Positions 54,360-63,617 of a DNA stretch of 64,000 nt are shown piece after piece. The notes below the pieces were generated by a model that saw nothing but the letters and a program-made list of their open reading frames with translations, searched no databases and had not been told where the DNA came from. Position 1 is the stretch's first letter; every line of letters starts with the position of its first letter. Position numbers and translations under genes: made by a program. Source of the DNA: Gammaproteobacteria bacterium (GTDB lineage Bacteria > Pseudomonadota > Gammaproteobacteria > Steroidobacterales > Foliamicaceae); assembly GCA_026707445.1 (NCBI GenBank), contig JAPOWV010000008.1:15855-79854 (forward strand), in the 5' to 3' direction.

Positions 54360-54370
54360 CATCGACGATT

Positions 54371-54394
54371 GAAAACCGGCCGGGCGAGGCCCGG
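54371..54394 (-). terminator. Possible intrinsic terminator of the TonB-dependent receptor gene
   Basis: Minus-strand CCGGGC-CUC-GCCCGG followed 3 nt later by GUUUUC. Short stem, weak U-tract. Confidence 0.35.
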
Positions 54395-54432
54395 AACGCC
54401 CGCTCCTTCGCACGGCACCCTTCTGCTTTGGA

Positions 54433-57192
54433 TCAGAACGCCTGACGGTAGCCGGCGTAGAGAACGCGGCCGTCGAGGCTGTACAGGTTGTAGGCCTGCG
54501 GCAAGGGCGACGAGAACGAGCCGAGCTCCGGGTCTTCGTCGGTGAGGTTCTTCACGCCCACGGTGATGCGTCCGTCCCAGGGTGCGGACCATTGGTAGAA
54601 CAGGTCGAACTCGGTGTGCGCCGATATCGAGAACTCGGCCTCCGGCAGGCCGAACCCGCCCACATAGTGGATGTAGCTGGAGACGGTGTGATTGCCGTAC
54701 CGCCAGATGATCGCCACCGAACTGCGGTCCGAGGGCCGGGCGCCGGCGGCCGCGGCGGCCCCGGCGACGGCGCCCAGGCCCGAACTCCATTCCAGCGCGG
54801 TGCGGGAGCGGGTGCGAAGCCGGAGGATGGTCCCCGCGTGGACCCGGAATTGGAAGTCACCCAGACCCGCGGTCGACAGATCGTAGATCAGTTGCAGGTC
54901 GAGGCCGCGGAACTGCGCCCGGAAGGTGTTGTCCCAGAACACGTCGGCCTCCAGCAGGGCGCCGGTGGCCGGGTCGCGCTTGAGAAGGCTACCGCTGCCG
55001 CACCGGACAATCGCGGCCGGAATCGCCGAGTAGCGCGTGTTCTCGATTTGCCCGGTGTCAAGGCATTGCCCCTCGAACTCGAGGCCGATCAGCCCCTGCA
55101 GCGGCGGCAGTCCGATCCCGTTCTCAAGATCCACGTTCCAGTAGTCGGCGCGGGCCGTTAGCGATTTCCAGGCCATCACCACGCCCAGGTTGTAGCTTTC
55201 GGACAGTTCGGGCCTTAGCGTCGGGTTGCCTCCCGTGTAGGTGGGAAATTCCCCTTCGATGCATTCCGACGGGGCGATGCCGTCGCGACGGCATTTCACC
55301 AGGTCGAAGCCCGTCTGCAGCCAGAGCGAAGCGCCGTCATACAGGTTGTTCATGCTGCCGGCGCGGAAGCCCTCGCCCCAGGAGGCGCGCAGTAACAGCC
55401 AATCGGTGGGCTGGTAGCGCGCCGACAGGTAGGAACTCAGTTCGCTTCCGGCGGAATCGTCATACTGGTCCCAGCGCAAGGCGGCGCTCAGCTCCAGGTT
55501 GGGCAGCAGGGGCGCCAGCGTTTCGCCGAACAGCGCCCGGATACGGCGCTTGCCCCGGCCGCTGACGCCGGCGCGCCCGAGCAGATCGCCGCCCGCGCTC
55601 AAGGGATCGTAGATATCGCGGTACTTCTCGTCGAAGTAATCGAACCCGAAGGCCCAGCCCAGGCGGCCGCCCGGCGCCCCGAACAGGTCGAAACTCACGT
55701 TGCCGCTGTAGGAGCGGAAATCGGCGCGGGAATCGCGGGTGGAGTTCGCGGCAATCGCGGCCACGGCGCCGGCGTTGCCCGGATGCAGTGGATCGAACGG
55801 GTTGTAGAGGCCTTGCGAGACGTACTCCCGGGTCGTAAACGCCTTGGGAAAGCAGCAACTGTCCTCTTGGCCCTCGTAACGCGTGTGCCGGGCTTCCAGT
55901 TCGTACTCGAAGACGCCGGCGCTGCCATAGGCCAGCAGCGCGGTCTCGGACAGCGTCAGCAGGGCCTCGAAGTCGCGGTTGCCCATGCCGGCAAAGCGGT
56001 GCCGGAGCGTGTAGGGAAGCAGTTCCGGATACGGAACGTCGAAATCGAATCCCCGCTTGAGCCCGGCAGCCGCCGCTTCGTCCAGCGCCACATCGCCCGG
56101 CGGGGGCGCGAAACGGCCATGCACGTCCTGCCGGCTGAACAGCGACTGCAGGCGCAGCGCGTGGTCCGGCGTCAGTTCGTAATCGGCATGCAGGAAGGCG
56201 CCCGCCCGACTGAGGTCGGTAGTTTCCCAGGCCGAACTCGCGTAGTGGAATCCGCAATGCTCGTCGCCGTTGTCGGCAACGTAGGGGCCTGCCAGCAGCC
56301 GCTGTCCCGTGGCCGGATCCTCGACCTGTTCGCAATTCGGCGCGGCGAGATGCCGGGGCCAGATCGTGTTGCCCCAGGAGCTCACGTTGTCGGCGTTCTC
56401 CCACGCGTACCAGGTGGCCGGAAACGGCGCATTCGGATAGGCGGCCGCGCCGGCCGCGTATCCCTTGGTTCCGAGCGCGTAGAACCTGTCCGCCGAGGCG
56501 ATGTGCTCCTTGTTGCGGAAATCGGCGCTGAACAGGAAACGCCCGCGGCCAGTGGCGCCGCCCAGCGTCAGCACGCCGGATTCCGCGTCGGCGCCCTCGC
56601 GCGTGGGCCGGTCCGCCGAAGCCTGGATTTCCATGCCTTCGTAGTCCTTGCGCAGAATGATGTTCACGACGCCGCCGATCGCGTCGGAGCCGTAGATGGC
56701 CGAGGCGCTGTCAGTGAGGATTTCGACGCGCTCCACGGCCGCCAGGGGAATGATGTTGAGGTCGACGGCCTGGTTGGCCGTGACCGGCGACCGCGGCATC
56801 CGGCGGCCATCCAGCAGCACCAGCGTCCGGTTGGCGCCGATGCCGTGAACGCTGATCGTGGCCTGGCCGATCCAGGCGTTGCCCGAACGCTCGCGCGAGG
56901 ACCCCAGCGTGTTTACCGGGTTGTTTCTGAGCACGTCGGCCACCGATTCGCGGCCGCTCAACTCCATGTCCTCCCGCGTAATCACGACCACCGGGCGGGC
57001 CTCCTCCACGTCGATCCGCCGGATCCGCGAACCGGTAACCACCTGGCGCCCCAGTTCCAGCACGTCCTTCTCTTCGGCGTCATTGCCCGCCTGCTGGGCC
57101 GCGGCTTCGGAAACCACGGAAAGCACACCGACCAAAGCCGCGCACAACCCGGCGCCGAGCGCCGCGTCCAGCCTGCAAGGCCGGGACTTCAT
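54433..57192 (-). CDS. TonB-dependent outer-membrane receptor (919 aa)
   Basis: Signal peptide, plug motifs (VVTGSRIRR; IERVEILTDSASAIYGSDAIGGVVNII) and a C-terminal ..YAGYRQAF. Confidence 0.9.
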   Translation of the reverse strand: MKSRPCRLDAALGAGLCAALVGVLSVVSEAAAQQAGNDAEEKDVLELGRQVVTGSRIRRIDVEEARPVVVITREDMELSGRESVADVLRNNPVNTLGSSRERSGNAWIGQATISVHGIGANRTLVLLDGRRMPRSPVTANQAVDLNIIPLAAVERVEILTDSASAIYGSDAIGGVVNIILRKDYEGMEIQASADRPTREGADAESGVLTLGGATGRGRFLFSADFRNKEHIASADRFYALGTKGYAAGAAAYPNAPFPATWYAWENADNVSSWGNTIWPRHLAAPNCEQVEDPATGQRLLAGPYVADNGDEHCGFHYASSAWETTDLSRAGAFLHADYELTPDHALRLQSLFSRQDVHGRFAPPPGDVALDEAAAAGLKRGFDFDVPYPELLPYTLRHRFAGMGNRDFEALLTLSETALLAYGSAGVFEYELEARHTRYEGQEDSCCFPKAFTTREYVSQGLYNPFDPLHPGNAGAVAAIAANSTRDSRADFRSYSGNVSFDLFGAPGGRLGWAFGFDYFDEKYRDIYDPLSAGGDLLGRAGVSGRGKRRIRALFGETLAPLLPNLELSAALRWDQYDDSAGSELSSYLSARYQPTDWLLLRASWGEGFRAGSMNNLYDGASLWLQTGFDLVKCRRDGIAPSECIEGEFPTYTGGNPTLRPELSESYNLGVVMAWKSLTARADYWNVDLENGIGLPPLQGLIGLEFEGQCLDTGQIENTRYSAIPAAIVRCGSGSLLKRDPATGALLEADVFWDNTFRAQFRGLDLQLIYDLSTAGLGDFQFRVHAGTILRLRTRSRTALEWSSGLGAVAGAAAAAGARPSDRSSVAIIWRYGNHTVSSYIHYVGGFGLPEAEFSISAHTEFDLFYQWSAPWDGRITVGVKNLTDEDPELGSFSSPLPQAYNLYSLDGRVLYAGYRQAF

Positions 57193-57242
57193 CGATTCCT
57201 GCCTCTCATCGCTCTGTTATATTGCGCCGGCGCGGCCAAGAC

Positions 57243-58211
57243 ATGTTTGACTCTAACGGACTTGAGCAGGCCCGGCGCGTAGTCGCCCGGGTCATGCCCC
57301 CTACGCCGCAGTACCGGTGGCCAGGCCTGCGCCGCCACGCAGGCTGCGAGGTCTGGGTAAAGCACGAAAACCACACGCCCACCGGCGCCTTCAAGGTGCG
57401 TGGCGGCCTGGTGCTGCTGGACGAACTCGAGCGCGCCGGTGCAATGCCGGAAAAGATCATTACGGCTACCCGCGGCAACCACGGCCAGAGCATCCCGTTT
57501 GCCGCCGTTCCGCACGGGGTCTCGGTCACCGTTCTCGCGCCGAAGGGCAACAGCGCGGAGAAGAACGCCGCCATGGTCGGCTGGGGCGCGGAACTGGTCG
57601 AATTCGGCAACGACTATGAGGAGGCTCGCCAGGAAGCGGCGCGGCGCGTCGAAGCCGAAGGCGCGCTGTTCCTGCCGCCGTTTCATCCGGCCCTGGCGCG
57701 CGGCGTGGCGACCTATGCGGCGGAGCTGTTCGAGGCGGTCGCCGACCTGGACGCGGTCTATGTGCCGATCGGAATGGGTTCCGGCATCTGCGGACTGATC
57801 CATACAAGGGACCTGCTGCGGCTGAAGACCGATATCGTCGGGGTGGTGGCGGAGCGCGCTCCCGCGATGGCCCGCAGCTTCGAGGCCGGCGAGGTCGTTG
57901 CGACCGATTCCGCCGACACCTTTGCCGACGGCATGGCCTGCCGGGTGCCGATGGCCGAGCCGCTGGAAATCGTGCGGCGCGGCGCCGCGCGCGTTGTCGA
58001 AGTTGGCGAGGAAGACATCGCTGAAGCCATGCGGATCCTGTACCGCAATACCCACAACGTCGCCGAGGGGGCCGGCGCCGCCGCGTTCGCCGCGCTGATG
58101 CGGGAACGGGAACGGATGAGGGGCAAGCGCGCCGCCGTGATCCTGTCCGGCGGCAACGTCGATGCCGAAGTGTTCCGCGAGGTGCTTGCCGGCGGCGTGC
58201 CGAAACCCTGA
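57243..58211 (+). CDS. PLP-dependent threonine/serine dehydratase family protein
   Basis: HENHTPTGAFKVRGG (PLP Lys) and TRGNHGQS. No ACT regulatory domain (322 aa). ATG 57243 preferred over TTG 57222. Confidence 0.85.
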   Translation: MFDSNGLEQARRVVARVMPPTPQYRWPGLRRHAGCEVWVKHENHTPTGAFKVRGGLVLLDELERAGAMPEKIITATRGNHGQSIPFAAVPHGVSVTVLAPKGNSAEKNAAMVGWGAELVEFGNDYEEARQEAARRVEAEGALFLPPFHPALARGVATYAAELFEAVADLDAVYVPIGMGSGICGLIHTRDLLRLKTDIVGVVAERAPAMARSFEAGEVVATDSADTFADGMACRVPMAEPLEIVRRGAARVVEVGEEDIAEAMRILYRNTHNVAEGAGAAAFAALMRERERMRGKRAAVILSGGNVDAEVFREVLAGGVPKP

Positions 58212-58217
58212 GCCGAT

Positions 58218-59024
58218 TCAGCTCCGCTCCAGAAAGGCGCTGATCGCGGGCGCGACCGTCTCACGCAGATAGCGGGTTCGCGGGGTTGTCCCCCACCAAC
58301 CCGAATGACCGCCCGCGGACGGATGCGTGAATGTAAGCAGATCCACCGGCTTGCCGGCAATCCGCGCGGTTTCCCACGTGTCGCCCGCCGGCGGCAGCGG
58401 CAGTGCATTGGCCATCCAGTGCCTGAGCCCCAGGCCGTGGACCACGATTACCGTCGGCTGGAGGATTTCCATCGTGCGCAGAAAATGAGGGGCGCAGTTG
58501 CGCTGCATCGCGACGCTTGAGTGTCCCCGCCCCCCTCCGTGCGCGTCCCTGCTTCTGGGCGCCGTCAACGCCGTGCACAGCAGGTAATTCACCTGGGCGC
58601 AGCCATCGAAGACATGTCCGTCGAGGAGGCGTTCGCCCTCCTCGTCGTCGCCGAGCTCCCGTCCCAGCAGCAGTCGCAGCGTCGAGGTTACTCCCTTCAT
58701 ATGCGGATTGCGTCCCCGGAAGCCCGCGGCCGCGGAACGGGCGAGCATTTCCGAGCGCCCCGCCAGATCGACGCACTCGCGGGCCTGCCCGTATTCCTGC
58801 CCGAGCACGACAATGCGCATCGCCCGTTCATCGACCTCGAGGTCGTAATGCCTGCCCACGTGGCTCATCTGCCCCGGATGGAACGGAAACGCGCTCCGGC
58901 TCGCCCGGCACTCCGAATAGCTGCCGCAAGTGAACCGGCCGTTCCCGGAGAGCAGGTGTTCGCGCACGTACGCCTGCAGCAACCGAATCCGCTCCCGGGT
59001 CCTCTCCGGGTGAGAAGAAATCAC
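58218..59024 (-). CDS. Hypothetical protein with uracil-DNA-glycosylase-superfamily-like motifs
   Basis: RIVVLGQEYG (GQD/E-type motif A position), VNYLLC, QPTVIVVHG and FTHPSAGG (HPS-type motif B) occur in UDG-fold order. GTG start. Assignment by eye only. Confidence 0.5.
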   Translation of the reverse strand: MISSHPERTRERIRLLQAYVREHLLSGNGRFTCGSYSECRASRSAFPFHPGQMSHVGRHYDLEVDERAMRIVVLGQEYGQARECVDLAGRSEMLARSAAAGFRGRNPHMKGVTSTLRLLLGRELGDDEEGERLLDGHVFDGCAQVNYLLCTALTAPRSRDAHGGGRGHSSVAMQRNCAPHFLRTMEILQPTVIVVHGLGLRHWMANALPLPPAGDTWETARIAGKPVDLLTFTHPSAGGHSGWWGTTPRTRYLRETVAPAISAFLERS

Positions 59025-59057
59025 TTTTTCCAGCCTGGCGTCCGGGAGAATCGAACC

Positions 59058-59681
59058 CTAGTACATCTGGGTGCGGTAGTTCTCCTTGAGGATCTCCTCG
59101 ATCTCGTCACCGGACTTGCGGCCCTGGATGTGATCCGAAATGATGTCGCCGATCCGCGTGAATGACTTCGGATCGATCTTCGCGTCTTCCTCCCAGAGCC
59201 GGGATCGCCTGATGGCCTTTGCGCAATGCACGAAGGCTTCCCTGACGGTGACGGCGATCGCCACCCTGGGGATGTGGCGCCGGAACTCGAACCGGGCGAG
59301 CTCGGCCTCGTCGTCGATGATCCTTGCGTCGCCGTTCACTCGCAGGGTCTCGCCCAGGCCGGGAATGAAGAACAGCAGGCCCACCTTCGGGTTGTGCATG
59401 ATGTTGCTCATCGTGTCCAGGCGGTTGTTGCCGGGACGATCAGGGATAAGCAGCGTTTTAGCGTTTGCCACATGCACGAATCCCGGCGGATCGCCGCGCG
59501 GCGAGACATCGGCGCAACCGTTCGGGCGCGAGGTGCCGATGCACAGGAACGGCGAACGGGCGATGAAGTCGACGCAGTGTTTGTCGAGCCGGTCAAGGAC
59601 CTTGAGTTTGGCCCGCTCCACTGAAACGGGAAAATACCCTCTCAGTTCGTCCTCTGATTTCAGTGCGTTGAGTTTCGTCAT
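59058..59681 (-). CDS. PPOX-class FMN-dependent flavoprotein (MSMEG_1061-like)
   Basis: DVSPRGDPPGFV..LLIPDRPGNNRLDTMSNI..VGLLFFIPGLGETLRVNG pattern. Confidence 0.8.
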   Translation of the reverse strand: MTKLNALKSEDELRGYFPVSVERAKLKVLDRLDKHCVDFIARSPFLCIGTSRPNGCADVSPRGDPPGFVHVANAKTLLIPDRPGNNRLDTMSNIMHNPKVGLLFFIPGLGETLRVNGDARIIDDEAELARFEFRRHIPRVAIAVTVREAFVHCAKAIRRSRLWEEDAKIDPKSFTRIGDIISDHIQGRKSGDEIEEILKENYRTQMY

Positions 59682-59682
59682 T

Positions 59683-60600
59683 TCAGGGATTGCCTTTGGC
59701 GTATTGCTCGCCGGCTTCGATGGCTATCGGCAAGCGATTGCGCCGTTGGGGCAGCGGGCAGGTCGCGAAGTCGGTGAAGGCGCACGGCGGGTTTATGGCC
59801 TTGTTGAAATCCAGTGTCACGGTTCCCCCGGCGCGGCGGGACGCGAAGGCATACAGGTATCGGCCCGCCGGATAGGTCGTCTTCCCCGTGGTCAGGTCGG
59901 CGAAAATCAGCAGGAATCCGGGGCCGGCGGCATAGGCTTCCAGTGAAAGCGGCTCGCCGCCAAGCTCGAATGCCAGGACGCCCGGGGCCGTGGGCTTCCA
60001 GCCCAGCCCTTCCACCACTGTAGTCAGGATACGCTCCTCGGGCCGCGCGTAGGGCTCGAAACGCGCCTCCACGCGCCAGGCGGAGTCCGTGGGATAGGCC
60101 GGTATTCCCGGGAAAGCGCTCACTGCCGGATGGTTCAGGTCGCGCAAGCGCACGCCCATCCGGTCCAGGCGGCCGATTGCATGCCAGGAGACCGAACCGT
60201 GCGTCAGGACCGTCGGGTCGCCTTCCTCATCGTGCACCAGCCGCAGTTGCGTGACCCGTTCGCCGTTGCTGACTACTTCCGCGCCCGGGTCCGCCCTGAA
60301 CTCAACGATCCCGTTCTCCCATACAAACGCGCCAACGTACGGAGCAGCCGGCAAGTCCGACAGCACGATGTCGTTGTCGGGCGCCGCCCCCATACTCGTG
60401 GCGCCGGGTTCAAGCCAGTAGAGCCCGGCCAGATTCAGCCAGCCGTCCGGCCCTTTCAGTTCCTCCTCCCGCTCGGCGCGCCAATCCGCTATGGATTGGA
60501 CATAGTCCGCGGCTCCGGGTGATTCCGCGGGTTGCGGCGCCGCGCCGGCAACCATGAACCACGCCGAAGAAAGCAGCGTGCACAGGACGAATTGCTTCAT
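59683..60600 (-). CDS. DUF1684 domain protein with signal peptide
   Basis: WLNLAGLYWLEPG and C-terminal NPPCAFTDFATCPLPQRRNRL are typical of DUF1684. ATG 60600 (MKQFVLCTLLSSAWFMVAGA) has GGAG 8 nt upstream. TTG 60618 is an alternative. Confidence 0.8.
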   Translation of the reverse strand: MKQFVLCTLLSSAWFMVAGAAPQPAESPGAADYVQSIADWRAEREEELKGPDGWLNLAGLYWLEPGATSMGAAPDNDIVLSDLPAAPYVGAFVWENGIVEFRADPGAEVVSNGERVTQLRLVHDEEGDPTVLTHGSVSWHAIGRLDRMGVRLRDLNHPAVSAFPGIPAYPTDSAWRVEARFEPYARPEERILTTVVEGLGWKPTAPGVLAFELGGEPLSLEAYAAGPGFLLIFADLTTGKTTYPAGRYLYAFASRRAGGTVTLDFNKAINPPCAFTDFATCPLPQRRNRLPIAIEAGEQYAKGNP

Positions 60601-60618
60601 TTCCCGGACTCCGTGCAA

Positions 60619-62007
60619 CTACCCGACAGATTCCGCGCGACCGCCTGCCGGCAGTTCGGCCGAATCGGGTTGATTTGCCGGATCGCGCCGGGTTTGCGCG
60701 CGGCCGAGCGCCACGGAAAGCGCGCTCCATACGGCGGCGAACGGCGTAACAGCAGCAACCATGACCCCCAGGCTGCCCAGCGCACTGAGCAGCGCGTGGA
60801 TGCCGACGCCCGCCAGATCGCCGCCCCGGTAGAGGAATACGTCGATCAACGGCTTGGCCTTGTATCGCTCCGCCGGCGGCACAACGATGAAGAGAGTCTC
60901 GCGGGCGGGGCGCGACAAGGCGTAGCGGGTAGTGCGATGCACGGCCTGAAAGATAGCCATCACGCCGAAGAGTGGCCAGATGGCCAGAATTGCGAACCCC
61001 GCCAGCGTGACCACAGGCAGAATCGCCAGCGTCCAGCCGACGCCCAGCCGCCGGATCACCCGGGTCGCGATGAAGACCTGAGTGAGAAGTGTCAGCGACT
61101 GGGCAAGCGCGTCGAAGAGTGCAAAAGCGCCCACGCGGCTGCTGAACGTATCGGTTGCAACAAAGATGAAGTTGGCCTGGGTGAAATAGATCAGGGTGTT
61201 CGAGACGGCCATGAACACGATGAACAATGCGATCCCCACCAGGTACGGCGACGTTCCCACCGCCCTCAAACCATCGAAAAACCCGCCGCCAATTCGCTGT
61301 CCGGGCATCGTGACGGGCGCACGCCCCGGATCGGCAAGACTCGAATCGCTGGACTGAACGGCCGTCTGGTCCAGCCTCAGCATCACGACGATCGCCACCA
61401 CGAATAACGCCGCGCCGGTGAGCATCAGTCCCACCGGCAAGTAGGCCGACTCGGTCATATTGCTGATCAGATTGGTAGTCCAGCCCCCCACCGACGCGCC
61501 CAGCGTTCCGCCGACCGTGATGAAGGGAAAAATGCGTTTGCCCTGGTCCACAACAAAAATGTCGGCCATGAATGCCCAGAACAGGCTGGTGCTGAACAGG
61601 TTGATCGTGCTGAGCCAGACGTAGAACGTGTATCCGACTCCGCGCGCCAGCGGCGTCTCCGTGTCGCTGCCGATCAAACCGCCGCCAGCCTGCGCGTTCG
61701 CGAACAGCAGCGCCGCGAATCCCAGGAGACACACGACGACGAACCCGTAGCCGGCCGGGATGAACCGGCGCCGGTTCATTCGGGCGACCACACCTGCGAA
61801 AAGCAATACAAGGATCAGGGAAGAAACGGAGGTGACCGCAAACAACCAGCGGAGTTCGTCCATGCCCCGCGCCACGCCCATCGCGTCGCGCACCGGGCGC
61901 AGGAAGAAATAGCCGCACAGCACGCAGAAATGAAACAGCGACGCGAGCAAGGCCAAGCGCAACTCGCCCCGCTTGAAGTTCAGAACTCGCGCAGCCCAAT
62001 CCGTCAT
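60619..62007 (-). CDS. MFS-type transporter resembling the ATP:ADP antiporter (TLC/Npt-like) family
   Basis: 12 hydrophobic segments. The N-terminal LCGYFFLRPVRDAMGV resembles the TLC-family Y-x-ilRp-kD motif. GGGAGA SD is present. Confidence 0.65.
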   Translation of the reverse strand: MTDWAARVLNFKRGELRLALLASLFHFCVLCGYFFLRPVRDAMGVARGMDELRWLFAVTSVSSLILVLLFAGVVARMNRRRFIPAGYGFVVVCLLGFAALLFANAQAGGGLIGSDTETPLARGVGYTFYVWLSTINLFSTSLFWAFMADIFVVDQGKRIFPFITVGGTLGASVGGWTTNLISNMTESAYLPVGLMLTGAALFVVAIVVMLRLDQTAVQSSDSSLADPGRAPVTMPGQRIGGGFFDGLRAVGTSPYLVGIALFIVFMAVSNTLIYFTQANFIFVATDTFSSRVGAFALFDALAQSLTLLTQVFIATRVIRRLGVGWTLAILPVVTLAGFAILAIWPLFGVMAIFQAVHRTTRYALSRPARETLFIVVPPAERYKAKPLIDVFLYRGGDLAGVGIHALLSALGSLGVMVAAVTPFAAVWSALSVALGRAQTRRDPANQPDSAELPAGGRAESVG

Positions 62008-62030
62008 GCTTTTCTCCCTCGCCCCTTCCC

Positions 62031-63605
62031 TCAGGAGCCTTTCGGCGCCGCCGCGCCGTTTACGTCCAGGTCCGCCCGGTCTTCGCGAAGAAGCCGGAAC
62101 AGCGAGACCGTCATTGCTACGCCGATGACCAGCAAAGGCAGAGATACTACCAGCGATGCCGACTTCGCGGCCTGTAATCCGCCCACGAAAATCAATCCGA
62201 TGGGCAGGACCACGATCGCCAGGGCCCAGAACACGCGATGCCAGCGGTGCGGATTCAGCCCCGCTGTCAGTCCTCTGGTGGCCGAAGCCGCGATCGCGTA
62301 CGAGGCGGAATCATAGGTGGTCGCGATGAATATGAAGGTAAGCGCCACATAGGACAGCAGCGGCAGGGGAAAGGGCTTGAGGGCCGAAAGAAACCCGGCA
62401 ATGGCGGTTTCCGGCCCGTCCGCGGCCAGAATCTCGCGCACGGCCAGCTCTCCGCTGGTGTCCATCCATTGCGCGGTGTTGCCGATGCAAACAAAGAGGA
62501 GGGCGCAGCCCAGCGTACCGTAGAGCAGCATCCCGCCAATCACTTGCCGCAGGGAGCGGCCGCGTGAAATCCGGGTAACGAACAGGCCCACAAAGGGCGC
62601 ATACGCCAGCCACCAGGCCCAATAGAAGATCGTCCAGTCCTCGATGAAATTCGAAGACAGGATCGGGTCGGTCCAGGTGCTCATTCGGACGAATTCCTGG
62701 ATCATCAGTCCGAAGCTGCTGGTCCCCAGTTTGAGCGCGAATCCCGTGGGGCCGGTCAGCAGGACATAGATCGCGAAGATGATCGCGGCAATGGCGTTGA
62801 TCTCGCTGAATCGCTTGATGCCTTTGTCGATGCCCAGGTACACGCTGGTGGCGAAAAGGGCCACGGAAATCGCGATCACGCCCACGTCGATGGCGAACGT
62901 CTCGCCGATTCCGAACAGCGCGCTGATGCAGGCGCCCACCATCGGGGTCGCGAGGCTCAACGAGGTGGCCGTTCCGCCCACCATCGCGACGACAAAAATG
63001 AAGTCCACCACCCTGCCGAGGGGCCGGCTGGACACATCGTGGCCCATCAGTCCAACCAGCGATGTGGAGAGCCGCAGGTAGGCAACTTTTCGCTGGTAAT
63101 ACGGATAGGCAATGGCCACCGTCGCCAGGGCGTACAGCGCCCAGGCCGATACGCCCCAGTGAAAGAACGCGTAGGCCGGCGCAACCTCCAGCGCTTCCGC
63201 CGAACCGGGCTCCAGGCCGAATGGCGGCGTATCCGCGTAATACACCCACTCGATCGGCGCCCAGTACAACAGGCCGCCACCGATCCCGGTGCAGAACAGC
63301 ATTGCCACCCAGGAAAACGTGGAGTAGGCAGGCCGGGCGTCCTTTCCGCCCAAACGATAGCGTCCGTAGCGGCCCAGGGCGATTACGGCCAGCACTATGG
63401 TCGCCGCCGCGACGGCCCATTGGTAAACGACGCCCACTTCGCCGGCAATCCAGCTATATGTGCTGTCGACGGCCTTGCCGGCGAATTCGGGAAAGCCCAG
63501 CAGAAAGGTCCCCCAAGCGACGATCACGGCGACCATCGCCCAGAACAGAACGCGGTCGACCTGCACCGCAGGCACGCTCGACCTGGCTTCGGAATCGCTT
63601 ATCAA
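62031..63605 (-). CDS. BCCT family (betaine/carnitine/choline) transporter
   Basis: WTIFYWAWWLAYAPFVGLFVTRISRGRSLRQ signature. TTG start at 63605 is uncertain. Confidence 0.93.
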   Translation of the reverse strand: MISDSEARSSVPAVQVDRVLFWAMVAVIVAWGTFLLGFPEFAGKAVDSTYSWIAGEVGVVYQWAVAAATIVLAVIALGRYGRYRLGGKDARPAYSTFSWVAMLFCTGIGGGLLYWAPIEWVYYADTPPFGLEPGSAEALEVAPAYAFFHWGVSAWALYALATVAIAYPYYQRKVAYLRLSTSLVGLMGHDVSSRPLGRVVDFIFVVAMVGGTATSLSLATPMVGACISALFGIGETFAIDVGVIAISVALFATSVYLGIDKGIKRFSEINAIAAIIFAIYVLLTGPTGFALKLGTSSFGLMIQEFVRMSTWTDPILSSNFIEDWTIFYWAWWLAYAPFVGLFVTRISRGRSLRQVIGGMLLYGTLGCALLFVCIGNTAQWMDTSGELAVREILAADGPETAIAGFLSALKPFPLPLLSYVALTFIFIATTYDSASYAIAASATRGLTAGLNPHRWHRVFWALAIVVLPIGLIFVGGLQAAKSASLVVSLPLLVIGVAMTVSLFRLLREDRADLDVNGAAAPKGS

Positions 63606-63617
63606 ATCGTGTTCGTA

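Noticed and set aside
59036-59058. tRNA 3'-end-like fragment on the minus strand (GGGTTCGATTCTCCCGGACGCCA, resembling the T-loop/acceptor end of tRNA-Arg), in the 33-nt PPOX to UDG-like spacer. This could be a relic att site.
   Set aside because: The 5' half of the T-stem does not pair and there is no cloverleaf. No integrase or intact tRNA lies within the window. The would-be island would have to include core lysS. The match rests mainly on the common GGTTCGA motif.
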